From contig OZ024740.1 in the NCBI GenBank assembly GCA_964016885.1, positions 230,950,001 through 231,014,000 of the forward strand: 64,000 bases of DNA, read 5' to 3'. The DNA comes from Eledone cirrhosa. Lineage: Eukaryota. Under the pieces are notes generated by a model, which saw nothing but the letters and a program-made list of their open reading frames with translations, did no database searches and was not told the origin of the DNA. Below, one piece after another: positions 25,746 to 38,354 of this stretch. Made by a program: the position numbers and the translations under genes. Numbering within the stretch: the first letter of the stretch is position 1; every line of letters starts with the position of its first letter.

Positions 25746-26679
25746 TACCAGTCATATACTAAGGTCAATTTAATTTACTATATGCTCCCTGCAAAATATA
25801 GTATTTTGTTAATGTTAACAATCAATATTTTATACCTGTATCCAGTAATGTAGCCTGGGCATATTTTATCTAAGTATGATATGTATTGTGTTGGGATTTT
25901 TACATATGTGAGCTGATGCCACAAAGAAACAAATCCAATACACTTTGTAGTGGTTGGTGTTATGAAGGGTATCAAGCTGTAGAAACCATGCCAAAGGTTG
26001 AGAGAACCCTTCTGTTTGGTCTGGGACATGATAGCCCTAGCACTGATGCCACAATTAAATGCAACTACAACCTGTAAAGTGGTTGTTGTTAGGAAGGGCA
26101 TCCAGCCAGCCATAGAAATCATGTCAAAATTTGGAAAATTTGAGCATGATGTGCTCTCTGATCCATACAGAAAACTACATAAACGATATGCAGAGCCCCT
26201 GGCCTGTCTGAGAGGTCAGTAGCTCCGCTTCAGTACTTGTCCAACCCTTACTAGCAAGGAAAGTGGATATTAAATGATGATGATAATGATGATGATGATG
26301 AACCATTATCAAATCTGATGACAAGTGATCCAATTGTTGGATCAATTAAGCAGCCAGTTCATAAAATTAATGTGTAAGTGTCTGAGCATTCCACAAACAC
26401 ATGTACACTTAATGTAATTCTCAGGGAGATTCAGTATGACCCAACGTATGATTAGGTTGTACCTTTGATTTACAAGTGTAACTTATTTCATCCAGCTGGA
26501 GCAACATGAAATAAAGTGTCTTGCTCAAGGAGGCAACATGCCACTGGGAAACAAAGTCATGACTTTACGATTGTGAGCCAAACACCCTGTAGTACAAGGG
26601 GGCCATGGATATATGGCATTCTGGATATCAACCAGTGAAATGTCCTACATGGTAGGTGAACTATGTTTTCTCTCCTTGA

Positions 26680-26920
26680 ACCACACCACATCACACCACC
26701 ACACTGCCACACCACACCACACCACCACACTGCCACACCACACCACCACACTGCCACACCACACCACACCACATCACCACACTGCCACACCACACCACAC
26801 TGCCACACCACACCAACCACACCACAACACTGCCACACCACTCCAGCCATGCCCACTACCCCCACTCCAGCCATGCCCGTTACCACCACTCCAGCCATGC
26901 CATATATCTGTGGCCCTTAA
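26680..26920. repeat. CAC/ACC-rich low-complexity tandem repeat
   Basis: (ACCAC)n and CACACTGCCACAC units followed by CCACTCCAGCCATGCC x3. Confidence 0.9.
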
Positions 26921-27079
26921 GCACCCAGCCCAGTTCTATTCAATCACCAGAAAATATTCCCCCGTGTGTTCCCTAAGCATGGAGCTAAAACCCACAAATC
27001 CTTTCCCAATGATTGTTGACCAAAGAGGACAAAAAAAAAAAGTTCATGGTGCTGCTGCTGCTTCCTACCTCCTGTTCTG

Positions 27080-28454
27080 TGACATCACAGTTCCCCGATA
27101 TTTCTGGCAAGGCCCTCCATCCCCATGACATCACAGTTCCCCGATATTTCTAGCAAAGCCCTCCAGCCCCATGACATCACAGTTCCCCGATATTTCTGGC
27201 AAAGCCTTCCAGCCCCATGACATCACAGTTCCCCGATATTTCTGGCAAAGCCCTCCAGCCCCATGACATCACAGTTCCCCGATATTTCTGGCAAAGCCCT
27301 CCAGCCCCATGACATCACAGTTCCCCGATATTTCTGGCAAAGCCCTCCAGCCCCATGACATCACAGTTCCCCGATATTTCTGGCAAAGCCCACCAGCCCC
27401 ATGACATCACAGTTCCCCGATATTTCTGGCAAAGCCCTCCAGCCCCATGACATCACAGTTCCCCGATATTTCTGGCAAAGCCCTCCAGCCCCATGACATC
27501 ACAGTTCCCCGATATTTCTGGCAAAGCCCTCCAGCCCCATGACATCACAGTTCCCCGATATTTCTGGCAAAGCCCTCCAGCCCCATGACATCACAGTTCC
27601 CCGATATTTCTGGCAAAGCCCTCCAGCCCCATGACATCACAGTTCCCCGATATTTCTGGCAAAGCCCTCCAGCCCCATGACATCACAGTTCCCCGATATT
27701 TCTGGCAAAGCCCTCCAGCCCCATGACATCACAGTTCCCCGATATTTCTGGCAAAGCCCTCCAGCCCCATGACATCACAGTTCCCCGATATTTCTGGCAA
27801 AGCCCTCCAGCCCCATGACATCACAGTTCCCCGATATTTCTGGCAAAGCCCTCCAGCCCCATGACATCACAGTTCCCCGATATTTCTGGCAAAGCCCTCC
27901 AGCCCCATGACATCACAGTTCCCCGATATTTCTGGCAAAGCCCTCCAGCCCCATGACATCACAGTTCCCCGATATTTCTGGCAAAGCCCTCCAGCCCCAT
28001 GACATCACAGTTCCCCGATATTTCTGGCAAAGCCCTCCAGCCCCATGACATCACAGTTCCCCGATATTTCTGGCAAAGCCCTCCAGCCCCATGACATCAC
28101 AGTTCCCCGATATTTCTGGCAAAGCCCTCCAGCCCCATGACATCACAGTTCCCCGATATTTCTGGCAAGGCCCTCCAGCCCCATGACATCACAGTTCCCT
28201 GCTACTTCTGGCAAGACTCGAGCCCCATGACATCACAGCACCCCACCACTTCCATCAAGGCCCTCTGGCCCCACGACATCACAACACCCCACCACTTCCA
28301 TCAAGGCCCTTTGGCCTCATGACATCACAGCACCCTGCTACTTCTGGCAAGGCCCTCTGGCCCCATGACATCACAGCACCCTGCTACTTCTGGCAAGGCC
28401 CTCTGGCCCCATGACATCTCAAGCCTTTATATTTCTGGCAAGACTCCAGTCTCA
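27080..28454. repeat. 46-bp minisatellite, ~30 units
   Basis: Unit TGACATCACAGTTCCCCGATATTTCTGGCAAAGCCCTCCAGCCCCA; 24 near-identical units followed by ~6 diverged ones; no unique spacers. Confidence 0.97.
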
Positions 28455-28518
28455 TATACCCTAGCCACTAAGCACCATTCATTCACAAATAAAACCAAAT
28501 AAGCAAACAATACTTTAC

Positions 28519-28733
28519 CTAGCTATGCAGGTATCTGGCAAAGTAGGGCCTTCATATAGGCAATCTTCTGGAATAATAAACCTTTGTTCAGGTAAATCTT
28601 CATAGTTTGGTGCCAATGTCCATTCTTGCTGTTTTATAATACTAAGTGTTGTCTGTTGATCTTCCTGAAGAATCAGTGGTGCAGTCAAACTTATCTCAAA
28701 GGCAGTGGAACCCCCTGACACGTACGGATCACC
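28519..28733 (-). CDS. FBXO31: FBXO31-like F-box protein, coding exon 8
   Basis: AG/GT bounded; GDPYVSGGSTAFEISL..QRFIIPEDCLYEGPTLPDTCIA; completes the KIT|GDP motif of FBXO31. Confidence 0.9.
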
Positions 28734-28767
28734 CTGTAATTAAAATGAATTAATAAAAGCTAACTAA

Positions 28768-29865
28768 ATGATACGGCATCTCCAGGTATTCCTCACCGAC
28801 CCCCAACCGGTGTGGGCACCGTTTGTGAGACAGGCTTTCCCACAGCTCGTCCCGCTAACAGAGCTGCAGTCCTGGGTGAAGAAAAGACCGAAAACGATGG
28901 GCGCCTGGCACATTGAATGCGCTCAGGCGCTCACAGTCCTCTGGCAAGCGGGCGCAGCAATCAGTGGATACTCTCCACTTCGATATTCTATAGAGGGATT
29001 GTACGTTACAAGGGCGACGACGTGCTCGGAGAGACTCTGGGCGTCGAAGACGATGAGCTCACCAGTATGTTTGGTAGGACTTTCCGCCCGGGACCTATGG
29101 ACAACTTCCAGAGGTCCCTGGCCTGGCAGTGCTACCGAGGAGCTCTACCGGTTCGTGACAAGATCTACAGGCACGGACGCCCTGGCAGGGATCCTTCCAA
29201 GAGGACGTGTCCAAGATGTGCGCAGGACATTGAAACAGTTCTGCATGCAATTGTACACTGCCCGGGCGTAAGCGACCTGTGGAACTATGCAGAACAACTG
29301 CTGTCGCGTATGGGACAAATACAGTTGACTGCAGAATCCATAGTAAGGATCAAACCGCCAGACTCTTTCAAAAACGAAAGAGAGGCGGTTTTCCTCTGTA
29401 CGGTGGCTATGGTGAAAGAAGTTATATGGTGGACGAGGTTGAGAGGACTGAGGACAGATGCCTTTCTCTCCGGACAACAATTGATTCCATTCTTTAAGTA
29501 TCACTTTAGAAGGAGAATCAGGGTGGAGAGAGAGGCACTGCACCCCAGTAAATTTACTGAAAGGTGGGTGAATGAAGCGAAAATGGCCCGAGTGATTGGG
29601 CCTTCTCTGTTTATAAGCCTGTAGGTTGAGGAAGAGAGCAAAAGGAAGAAAGGAGCACTTGCACAACACGCTCCTTGAGTTGAGGGTTGTTCTATCGACG
29701 GGGTATTAAACAACCCATTTGTGGCGCCTCCCCCCTATTGGGGATTTCGATTGTTGAAATTGTTTGTTTTTATATTTTTTACACGACTGTATGTAAAATC
29801 CCCGGCATGTCTTTGTATTGTCCCCTTTCTTGTTGCGCCCTTGTGGCTAATAAAGAAATCAATAT
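28768..29865 (+). mobile_element. L1/Tx1-clade LINE 3' fragment with zinc knuckle
   Basis: LAWQCYRGALPV..CPRC..ETVLHAIVHC..LW (zf-RVT-like CCHC); stop at 29624; AATAAA near 29849. Confidence 0.85.
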
Positions 29866-30072
29866 TTGAGTATGGCATGATATGGACCCATAACTCCTGA
29901 GGGAGTGATAGGGGAGCCATATTAACATATGATCCTACGTCAAGCATCTTAACCATTAGACCATGCACCTTCATGTATGGTACATACAGTATAGCCCATA
30001 ATTTCTTGCATTAAAAAAAGGAAAAAAAAGCAAGAAAATAACAAAAGAAAACATAATAAAAGTATTTCTTAC

Positions 30073-30232
30073 TGTGATTTTGGAAGCTAGAATAGTATCA
30101 TTGTCTTCAGAAAATGACACTAAAACCAATTCATAACCAAACATATTGTAATCTCCTTTGTATATACCAGCATCAAGAATAGTGAGAGGAGAAGCTTGTG
30201 GAATACAGATCTTAAACATATCAAAAGAAGAC
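30073..30232 (-). CDS. FBXO31: FBXO31-like F-box protein, coding exon 7
   Basis: AG/GT bounded; SSFDMFKICIPQASPLTILDAGIYKGDYNMFGYELVLVSFSEDNDTILASKIT aligns with [20 protein letters not shown]..TKIT. Confidence 0.92.
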
Positions 30233-31364
30233 CTGAAATTTAAAATAAAGTGTAAACAGTTATTTTTATAACCAGTTATATATGTCAGGCATAACTACAG
30301 TTTACTGCATCACCAACCCAACTCCGTTTTCATATAACTTTCTAATGAAATACATTGCTTTATAAAATCTTTTAATTGTCACGTTTCTAATGAATAATTT
30401 TCAAATAATTTTGAAAATAATAAAAAAAATTTGGAAGGGTTTTCATAATATAACTAACTTATTATTTTCTGGGTGTTTGGAGCATAAAGGTTGTCATATG
30501 ACAAACTGGCATTCCGTGCAGAAGGAAGTCTTGTAATCTCAGTTATGCTCATTGAAGGCCTTCTGCTCATGGGAGTCATCTTCCATTTACTTTCACCTCT
30601 CTTTGATCCTTTTCTGCCCCCCGAAAAGCCATGAGTATTCCAAGTGCTTCTGACAAAGATTTCCCCAGTCGGACCAGAAACTTTAGGCTGGTTCATTGTT
30701 TTGTGCCCATCACTTGATGACCTAAAATTGAGGAGCTGTTAACAAAAGCACATGAAAAAACATACAATAGTTGCAGAGAACTGAGATCGCAGTTATATAC
30801 TCCCGGATATTACATCGCATGGTGATGCAACCCGCTAATCCCTACCCCATTCATAGCTCACACAGCACACTAAATCCTGTTATTTTGCTGGCACACCTCG
30901 TACATTAAAGTTATATCTGTATAAATATCTCTGTGTGTATACACACACACACTCTTATATGTATATATATATATGTATATTATTTATTTATGTTAATGCA
31001 TGGAACAAAAGTGCTACCTAAGGTTTCAAGGCCCAATATTGACTATATCTCCAGATTGTAAGAGGGGTCAAAATTCTGGCCTAATCTTCAGGCAATTGGA
31101 TGAATTTTGCAGATACTGTTAAAAGTAAAGTGTGCTATACTTTTAATGTTCATGTAACACTTTCATTCTGTGTATGAACATAAATAAATAATATAGTATA
31201 TCAGCTCTCACCCCTGATTGAGCACTGTTTTCCTTTCTCCTTTTTCATACCTACGGATATTTTCCACACACACACATATATATACAAATAAAGGAGAAAA
31301 AATATGAGATTGCCTGAATGGGAACAAGTTTTCTCAAAGCACAAAGAAAAGAAAATATTCTTAC

Positions 31365-31468
31365 TCCAATTTTTTTAGGGCCCAGAACTTTTGCAAGAGT
31401 TCAATTTTACCAGTAAACATTATTTCTGTGATATCACTACTTTCATCCATTACAAATTGTTCAAATTC
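31365..31468 (-). CDS. FBXO31: FBXO31-like F-box protein, coding exon 6
   Basis: AG/GT bounded, phase 0 to 2; EFEQFVMDESSDITEIMFTGKIELLQKFWALKKL aligns with EFRTWLREE..ELILMKF. Confidence 0.85.
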
Positions 31469-31855
31469 CTTCAAGAGAACAAAAAGCATTTCAATTATCA
31501 TTATTAATTTTTGTTTTTTTTTGTTTTTAGAGAATTTTGTTATTTGTAATACTTGGAAAAGTTTAATTGCTGGGTTAGTATATAATAAAAACGAAAATTT
31601 AACCCATTTTTTTTCTGATGAAAATAATCAAGTATTTGAAGGGAATTAGTAAAATGTGGAACATTTTCTTTATTTTTCTGGTGTTTGGCATATAACTTAA
31701 TTTTTTTTTTTACATAAAATTATAATGGAAGGTTTAAAACAAATAGCTTTGTGTGGTAGAACCTGGGCCAGTTTCGAATGAAAAAGGGTTTAATATCATT
31801 TGTTAAGTCCTGTTATGCCAAAAATAAAAAACTTAAAATAAGAAAAATGACTTAC

Positions 31856-31927
31856 TCTTCTCATACCACCAGGATTTCGGTGAGCTGCTTCTACACAGCA
31901 TTCAAATTTCACATGAGACTTATCTCC
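31856..31927 (-). CDS. FBXO31: FBXO31-like F-box protein, coding exon 5
   Basis: AG/GT bounded, 72 nt; GDKSHVKFECCVEAAHRNPGGMRR aligns with STKCNQTDHHRMSGGRQE. Confidence 0.88.
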
Positions 31928-32034
31928 CTGAAATAAACATGAAATTATATAGGAAGAATGTCAAAGCATACAAATCATCATCATCATCGTTTAACGTCCA
32001 TCTTCCATGCTAACATGGGTTAGACATGATATAT

Positions 32035-32520
32035 TCTCCAATGGAATTACCCTATTCCCTTTTGAGGGAGAAAGATCCTTCATCTGGGATGTGACATGCT
32101 GTGACACATTCTCCACCTCCAACTTAGTCACCTCGGCCACAAACCCAGGTATCGCTGGACAGAGGACAGGAAAACAAGCAAATACCGGAGCTTGTCTGGC
32201 CACTTCCTCTTTGTACCAATCACTGTCAAGACCTCCAGTATCCTTAGACCGCTGACTTCTTTTGTAAAATTGGATCGATAGCAGCTCTGAAGAAGGAGCC
32301 CTGCGAGGTCGGATGGCTGTTGTAGCATGTGTTGCTGGCCATTGTCTGTGGAAATGCCATTACCATTCTGTCCAGTGCCACACTGATCTAGGTGTAGAGT
32401 CTGTCACTCTCTCCCCTTCCCCCTTTCTTTTTTCCTTTGTCTAGTAGTCCTTGCTCTTTCCCTCTATTTCCTCTCATTTATGGCATTTATAGTCCTTTCC
32501 AATACTGATTTCTTTTTCTT
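32035..32520 (+). mobile_element. Diverged CRE-clade 3' fragment
   Basis: NGITLFPFEGERSFIWDVTCCDTF.. and a degenerate WLL.HVLLAIVCGNA tail. Confidence 0.65.
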
Positions 32521-32710
32521 TTGCAACTGATATTGACAGCTCTGTTACTGTGGATGACCGAAGTTAAGATGTAAGAACTGTCCAACCCATGCAAGTATGT
32601 GGAAAAAAAAATTAAGCCAATCATATTACTGATATTACTTATGATGTTATAGTGGAAGTGCATGGCCTAATGGTAAGGGTGTTAGACTTATGATCATAAT
32701 GTCATAGGTT

Positions 32711-32974
32711 TAAAGAAAAGTGATGTTTCTCTTTGTCGAATAAATAAATGCACAATCAAGTCTAACAATCATTTTATTTAATGCAATAATTTAGTAAATT
32801 TCCTACAACGTCAATATTTTGAGGAGCGGGTCTTTCCACGTCTGTTCATGTCCGTGGTCCAAAAAAAGTGTGTGAACCTGTGGCTGTGTCCGGGTGTATT
32901 TTTGCCTCCCTTCCCTGAAGGGTTGTTAAGGGGAGGCAACTGCTAGCTACCAAGCGACCATCTCAGCCACTACA
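32711..32974 (-). mobile_element. Probable solo LTR inserted in a SINE tRNA head
   Basis: 4-bp TSD GGTT; minus strand starts TGTAG and contains AATAAA; removing it restores the SINE B box GGTTCAATTCC. The 3' end reads TA, not CA. Confidence 0.55.
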
Positions 32975-34446
32975 GGTTCAATTCCTAGACTTGGGTTGTG
33001 TGTTGTGCTCTTGAGCAAAACATTCTATTTCACATTGCTCCAGTATGCTCAGCTGAAAATATGCATACCAGCAGCAATAAACTGGGGGGTTCCTGCAATG
33101 GATTGACTTTCTGTCCAGGCGGGTGGGTATTGTACTCTCAGTCACTTCATGCCACATAAACCTGGATAAGCACCGACCTGATGAGCCTCCAGGCTTGAGA
33201 TAGACTTTAGACATATTTACATTAATTTTCCCATGCTTGCATGGGTTAGATGGATCCTCTTCAACATAGCATCTTAACTTCTATTGCCTATGTCTTCCTT
33301 GGTCTTCCTCTTTCCACAACTTTCTTCCACTTTTATCTTTTCTCACATACTTTATTCATCTGTAATTATCGATATGCATTGCATGTAAGCGTGGTCCTGT
33401 AACTCCTGAGGGAGTTGTAGACACCATATCGACATACTGTGTTTCTAGGTCATTTTTTTAACCCTTTAATGTTCAAACCGGCCAGAATTCTCTACCTCTT
33501 TCTGTTGAAACTGGCTGTAACTGGCCACTCATACTGATGTTAAGGTATTATTCTCAAAATAAATACTTTCAAAATCTCATAGATTCGATATTATGTGAGA
33601 TATAATTATACGAGTTAAAGCCTTTACCATGAAAATATAATAGTATATATAGAGCATGTGAATGCTAAAGGGTTAAACCTGGCAGAGCCCATCTCCTCTT
33701 CTGGTCTGAATATAGCAGATTTCTTCCAGAGAAAGATAGAGAGTGAGAGAACAGAAGTGAGAAAGCAATATAGAGGAAGAATTGACCCCAGTACTTGATT
33801 AGTATTTTTTTACTGACTTGGAATGGATGAAAGATTAAGTTGACCTCTCTGCATTACTTACTAGCAAAGTGTTCTCTTTTACACACAACATCCAATCCCT
33901 CTTGCACTCAGATCCCCACACAACCCATTTGTCTGTGGAATGCTTAGCTACTTGCATGTTGATTTCACAAGCAGGCTGCTCCATTGATTAAACAGCTTAA
34001 ACATTCATTGTAGAAATTGGACGTCCATTCCATTTCCAAACCTACCCTTTGCTTAGAGAGAAAATCCTTTTCTTTTGCTGCCAGCAGAGATAATAGTTCC
34101 CTGTAATTTTCCCACCCTATTCTTATTCAAGCTATTATGCTTTTAGTTTTGTTCTTTGATAGGTTTGTAGTAGAGCCTGTAGTGCTATTGGAGCGGAGTT
34201 GGCCACCCACATGTGTGAGCCCCGTGAGGTGGAGTGGCTGTTCCAGTGTGTCTCCCTCTCTGTCCTCTGGAGCAATGCATTCTCCATCCTGTTGGCTGAG
34301 ACCCAGAGGTGGAGGGTATTTAGTTAGTTGGAGGTGGAGGATACTCATTCGGATATCACTTTCTCTCTATTTCTTTAAAAATTTCCTTATTTAGTTTCAT
34401 GATATATATTGAAGTAACCATGTACTCCTCCTTAATCAGTACTTAC

Positions 34447-34623
34447 CTGAACAGCAAATATGTTGCATTTGTGCAGAATATTGTTTGCTCCCACATGGCA
34501 GAGAGTCATTACATCAAAGTCTTCTACGGAAATTGAAAAATATATCTTCTTACGTAGCTTTGAGGTGATTTTTGGTGGACAAGGTGCTGAGAATTCTAAT
34601 CCGAGAAGCTTTCCATCTTGAGG
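34447..34623 (-). CDS. FBXO31: FBXO31-like F-box protein, coding exon 4
   Basis: AG/GT bounded, 177 nt; PQDGKLLGLEFSAPCPPKITSKLRKKIYFSISVEDFDVMTLCHVGANNILHKCNIFAVQ. Confidence 0.88.
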
Positions 34624-34790
34624 CTAAAAATATATATTATATATATATCTGTGTGTATGTATGTGTTTGTCTGTGAATGCATATTTGTGAATGTTTATGT
34701 GGGTGTGTATGTATGTGTGTGTGTGCATGTATGTATGTGTGTCTGTATGAATGCATATATGTGAGTCTGTGTGTATGCATGTATGTGTAT

Positions 34791-36257
34791 ATAATAATAA
34801 TAATATTGTGTACAGTGCTCAGGTGCACTACAACTCATCAAAAGTGTATGTATAGTACAAACAGAGCACGAGTCATGATATACACATGTGTGCATGTGTA
34901 TGAAAGGGGGACATCAGGTGTAGTTTTAGCGAATTTCGGGAAGCATGAGGGTTTTAAAGGGTGCAGTGTCTCGGCAGCTAACAACTGACGCAGGCAGTTT
35001 GTTCCATGCTTCAGCAACTCTAAGTGTGAAAAAATATTTCCGAAAGTCATGGGAGCTGTGCTGTTTTCTGACTTTGTAGGCATGTCCACATGTGTTAGAC
35101 AGATGGAGATCAAAAAGGTGCTCAGGGTTGTTGTTGGCGAGATGGTTAATAACTTTGTGGGTGTTTACCAAGTTCATTGCCAGATGTCGAAGCTTCAATG
35201 AATCCATGCCCAGGGAAGCAAGGCATTCAGAGTATGGTAGATGCCTGATGGAGAGTATTCGCTTGGTTGCACGTCTCTGAACAGTTTCCAGGAGGTCAAT
35301 GTTCTGAGCAAGATAGGAGTTCCAGACTGGTGATGCAAATTCAAAGTGTGGCCGCACCATAGCCATGTACAGCTTTAAATAGATAGCTGGAGAGCGGCTG
35401 ACAAAGGTCTTGCTGAGTGATGCCAAGACACCCTCGGCCTTCTTGACAATTTTAGAGATGTGCTTTGTCCAACGCAAATCGCTGCTGACAGTAATGCCCA
35501 GGTCACGTTCACAAGAGGACTTCTTGATATCAGTGTTGTGGAGGGAGTATGTGGACGCTGGATTTTTCCTCCCAAAATGCATGGTGGTACACTTGTCCAC
35601 AGCCAGCTTCAGTTGCCAGTCTGTGATCCATTGCTGCATTGTGTCCAGGTCTGATTGTAGGAAAGAGTTATAAATTTCAGGATCTGTCCTTTTGATTTCA
35701 AGGTACAGCTTGATGTCATCTGCATATTTCAGTACTGTGGGATTCTTTAAGTTGGCATCTATGTTATTAATGTATGCCACAAACAAAAGGAGACCAAGAA
35801 CAGATCCCTGTTGTACACCAGATGACATCTCATATGGTGAAGAATGCTGTCCTAGAACTGTGACTACCTCTTTTCGGCTGAGAATGAAGGATTTCAACCA
35901 GTTAAAAAGATCATCGTTCACACCCATTGCAGGGAGTTTCGCCATATGTCTTTTGTGTGGCACAGAATTAAAAGCCTTAACGAAGTCAAGATAAACAACA
36001 CCCACCATGAGTGATCTGGGTAATGTCTTCAAGGAACTCGATAAGCTGATCACAGCAGCTAGAGTTAGGGATAAATCCAAATTGCGAGGGCCGGATGAGG
36101 CTGTGAGAGCTCCAGAAGTTCCAAAGTGTTTCTCTGACACAGGATTCCATCAGTTTGGCAATACAGCTAGTAAGACTGACTGGATGATAGTTGACAGGTG
36201 ACGTGCGGTCGCCCTTTTTGAACAGGGGAATGATACTGGCAGTTTTCCACTGCTCTG
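34791..36257 (-). mobile_element. CR1-clade LINE, 5'-truncated
   Basis: YLDFVKAFNSVPH, SGVQQGSVLG, KYADDIK, ERDLGI, VRPHFEFASPVWN, FFTLRVAEAWNKLP; (ATT)n tail. Confidence 0.92.
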
Positions 36258-37234
36258 TGCATGTATGTAATAGAGTGAATATTAACATATTTAATATAAT
36301 GAAAAGATAAAAAACATTATCTTAAAGACAAATATTAATTTAGCCTTATCTTCAGCAAGTATGGCAGCACCTGTGGAGATGTTTGTCTTATTACAATTAG
36401 TAAAGCATAATCTTTTCTAGTACTAGTCAGATTAAATGATAGTTGGCCATTACATAGATGTATATTAATTAGAGCAGCAATTTAACATGACTAGAGGAAA
36501 TTACCTAGGGAGGCCATCAGCATGAAAAACAATAGTTTCATCATTTTTTAAGTCTGCTCTTCCTGTTGTCAAGAGTTGGATGGTCATCAAGGTCTTAGAA
36601 AAGGCAAGTTGGAGGACCACATTCCATCCGTATGTCTCCATTTTTTGTATGGTTTCTATGGTTGGATGCCCTTCTTAAGCCCAACCATTTTGCAGAATGT
36701 ACTGGGTGTATTTTATTGTAGCTCCAACACTAGCATTTACATTATTCTATATTTACTGTTGTATTTTCACAGAAAAGGCTTTATCTTATATAATTATCTT
36801 ACATAGTATCGAATCTATGAGATTTTGATGTTATTTATTTTGAGAACATTACCTTAATGTAGGTATTAAAGCCAGTTTGAACAGAAAGAGGTGAGAGAAT
36901 TATGGCCAGATATGGATGGTTTAAATGCTAAAGGGTTAAACATGACTAAAGGGCCCAATCAGCTCTACATTTTCTCCTGACAAGGCTAAAGAGTATTTAC
37001 TATCCTACATTAAGCTATGTGACCAAGATTTGGAGGAAAAACAAGAGCAATGACCAGGGAGAGTGGGTAAGGGCTACAAGGGTATGAAACAAACTGAATT
37101 AGAATGAATGGGTGGCAAAAGAAAGAGAGAGAGAGAGAGTGAGAAATAGAAGTAATGGAATATAGTTCTGGAGAGAGTAATGATAGCTACATGTTTGCTG
37201 GTGAGAGAAAAAAAATGATTGATGGATAGTGAAA

Positions 37235-37484
37235 GTGAGTGTTGGCTGTCAGTAAGAAGTGGCCTTGGAGAGCGGGAGTGGTGGCTATCAGTAAGATGTG
37301 GCCCTAGGAAGAGAGAATGATGGCTATCAGTAAGAAGTGGCCTTGGGGAGAGGGAGTGTTGGCTGTCAATAAGATGTGGCCTTGGGGAAAGGGAATGCTG
37401 GCTTATCAATAAGATGTGGCCTTGGGGAGAAGGAATGCTGGCTATCAATAAAAAGTGGCTCTGGGGAGAGGGAATGTTGCTTAC
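37235..37484. repeat. 39-bp minisatellite (~6 units) abutting the exon 3 donor
   Basis: Unit ~GGCTATCAATAAGATGTGGCCTTGGGGAGAGGGAATGCT at 37244, 37283, 37322, 37361, 37400 and 37440. Confidence 0.9.
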
Positions 37485-37561
37485 CTCAACTTTGATCAAG
37501 TTTCCATAAGGAGACATCACTACTCTCCAAAATCCAATTAAAAAGCCAAACTTGTGAAGAA
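37485..37561 (-). CDS. FBXO31: FBXO31-like F-box protein, coding exon 3
   Basis: AG/GT bounded, phase 1 to 0; (V)LHKFGFLIGFWRVVMSPYGNLIKVE aligns with [25 protein letters not shown]. Confidence 0.92.
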
Positions 37562-37593
37562 CTGGAATATAAACATTGAAAATATGGATGACA

Positions 37594-37846
37594 TTGGGTG
37601 ATGTGAGGTCAGATTGTATGATGTAAGGTCAAATTTGGTGATGTAAGGTCAGATTAAGTGATGTGAGGTCATATTAGGTAATATGAGGTCATACTGTATG
37701 ATGTGAGATCAGATTGCATGATATGAGGTTATATTAGGTGGTGTGAGGTCATATTTGGCGGATGTGAGGCCATATTTGCTAATGTGAGGTCATATTTGGT
37801 GATGTAAGGTCAGATTGTATGATGTGAGATCAGATTTGGTGATGTG
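37594..37846. repeat. 20-bp minisatellite (~13 units) filling most of intron 2
   Basis: Unit ~TTTGGTGATGTGAGGTCA(G/T)A. Confidence 0.9.
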
Positions 37847-37928
37847 GATATATTATGTTGCTGGCCAGGACTAACCAAGCCAGCATGGAAAAACAGATTA
37901 TAAAATAATAAAAAAAAAGATAAATTAC

Positions 37929-37991
37929 CTCGGGTATAAAGTTCATAATAGGTGTTAAATCCCCAGTTAGTTAGAGTCTTTACATTATATT
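37929..37991 (-). CDS. FBXO31: FBXO31-like F-box protein, coding exon 2
   Basis: AG/GT bounded, 63 nt, phase 1 to 1; (E)YNVKTLTNWGFNTYYELYTR. Confidence 0.88.
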
Positions 37992-38354
37992 CTGTAATAA
38001 AAAGGATTATTTTCATATTATTCTCTTTAAATTATAATTACACAAAACAGATATCAGTTATTGTAGGTATTCTAGTACAACATTAGTGGCACGGAGAAGG
38101 GAGAGTGGCTACAGCAACAGCTGGTCTTCTATAAAACACCTTGTCCAGGCTTTTGCCATGGAGACGAACTCTCCAGGTGCAAACCTATGCTCAGTCATGA
38201 CTGAGTGAGTGCCTTTATAACCCTTGCACATTCTAAGGTCAACTTTGCTATTACTCTTTGCAGGATCAAAATAAAATAAATACCAGTCATATATTGGGGT
38301 AATTTCCTATAGTATACTCTCTTAGATGTAAGTGGCATTAGAATGAATAATGGG

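Noticed and set aside
26557-27128. His/Thr/Pro-rich or Val/Trp/Cys-rich ORFs
   Set aside because: Translations of a CAC simple repeat.
27080-28454. CRISPR-like regular array
   Set aside because: Units are contiguous with no unique spacers, there are no cas genes, and the context is a eukaryotic intron.
33170-33210. CTGATGAGCC..GGCT as a hammerhead
   Set aside because: No GAAA or stem III; it is part of a SINE tail.
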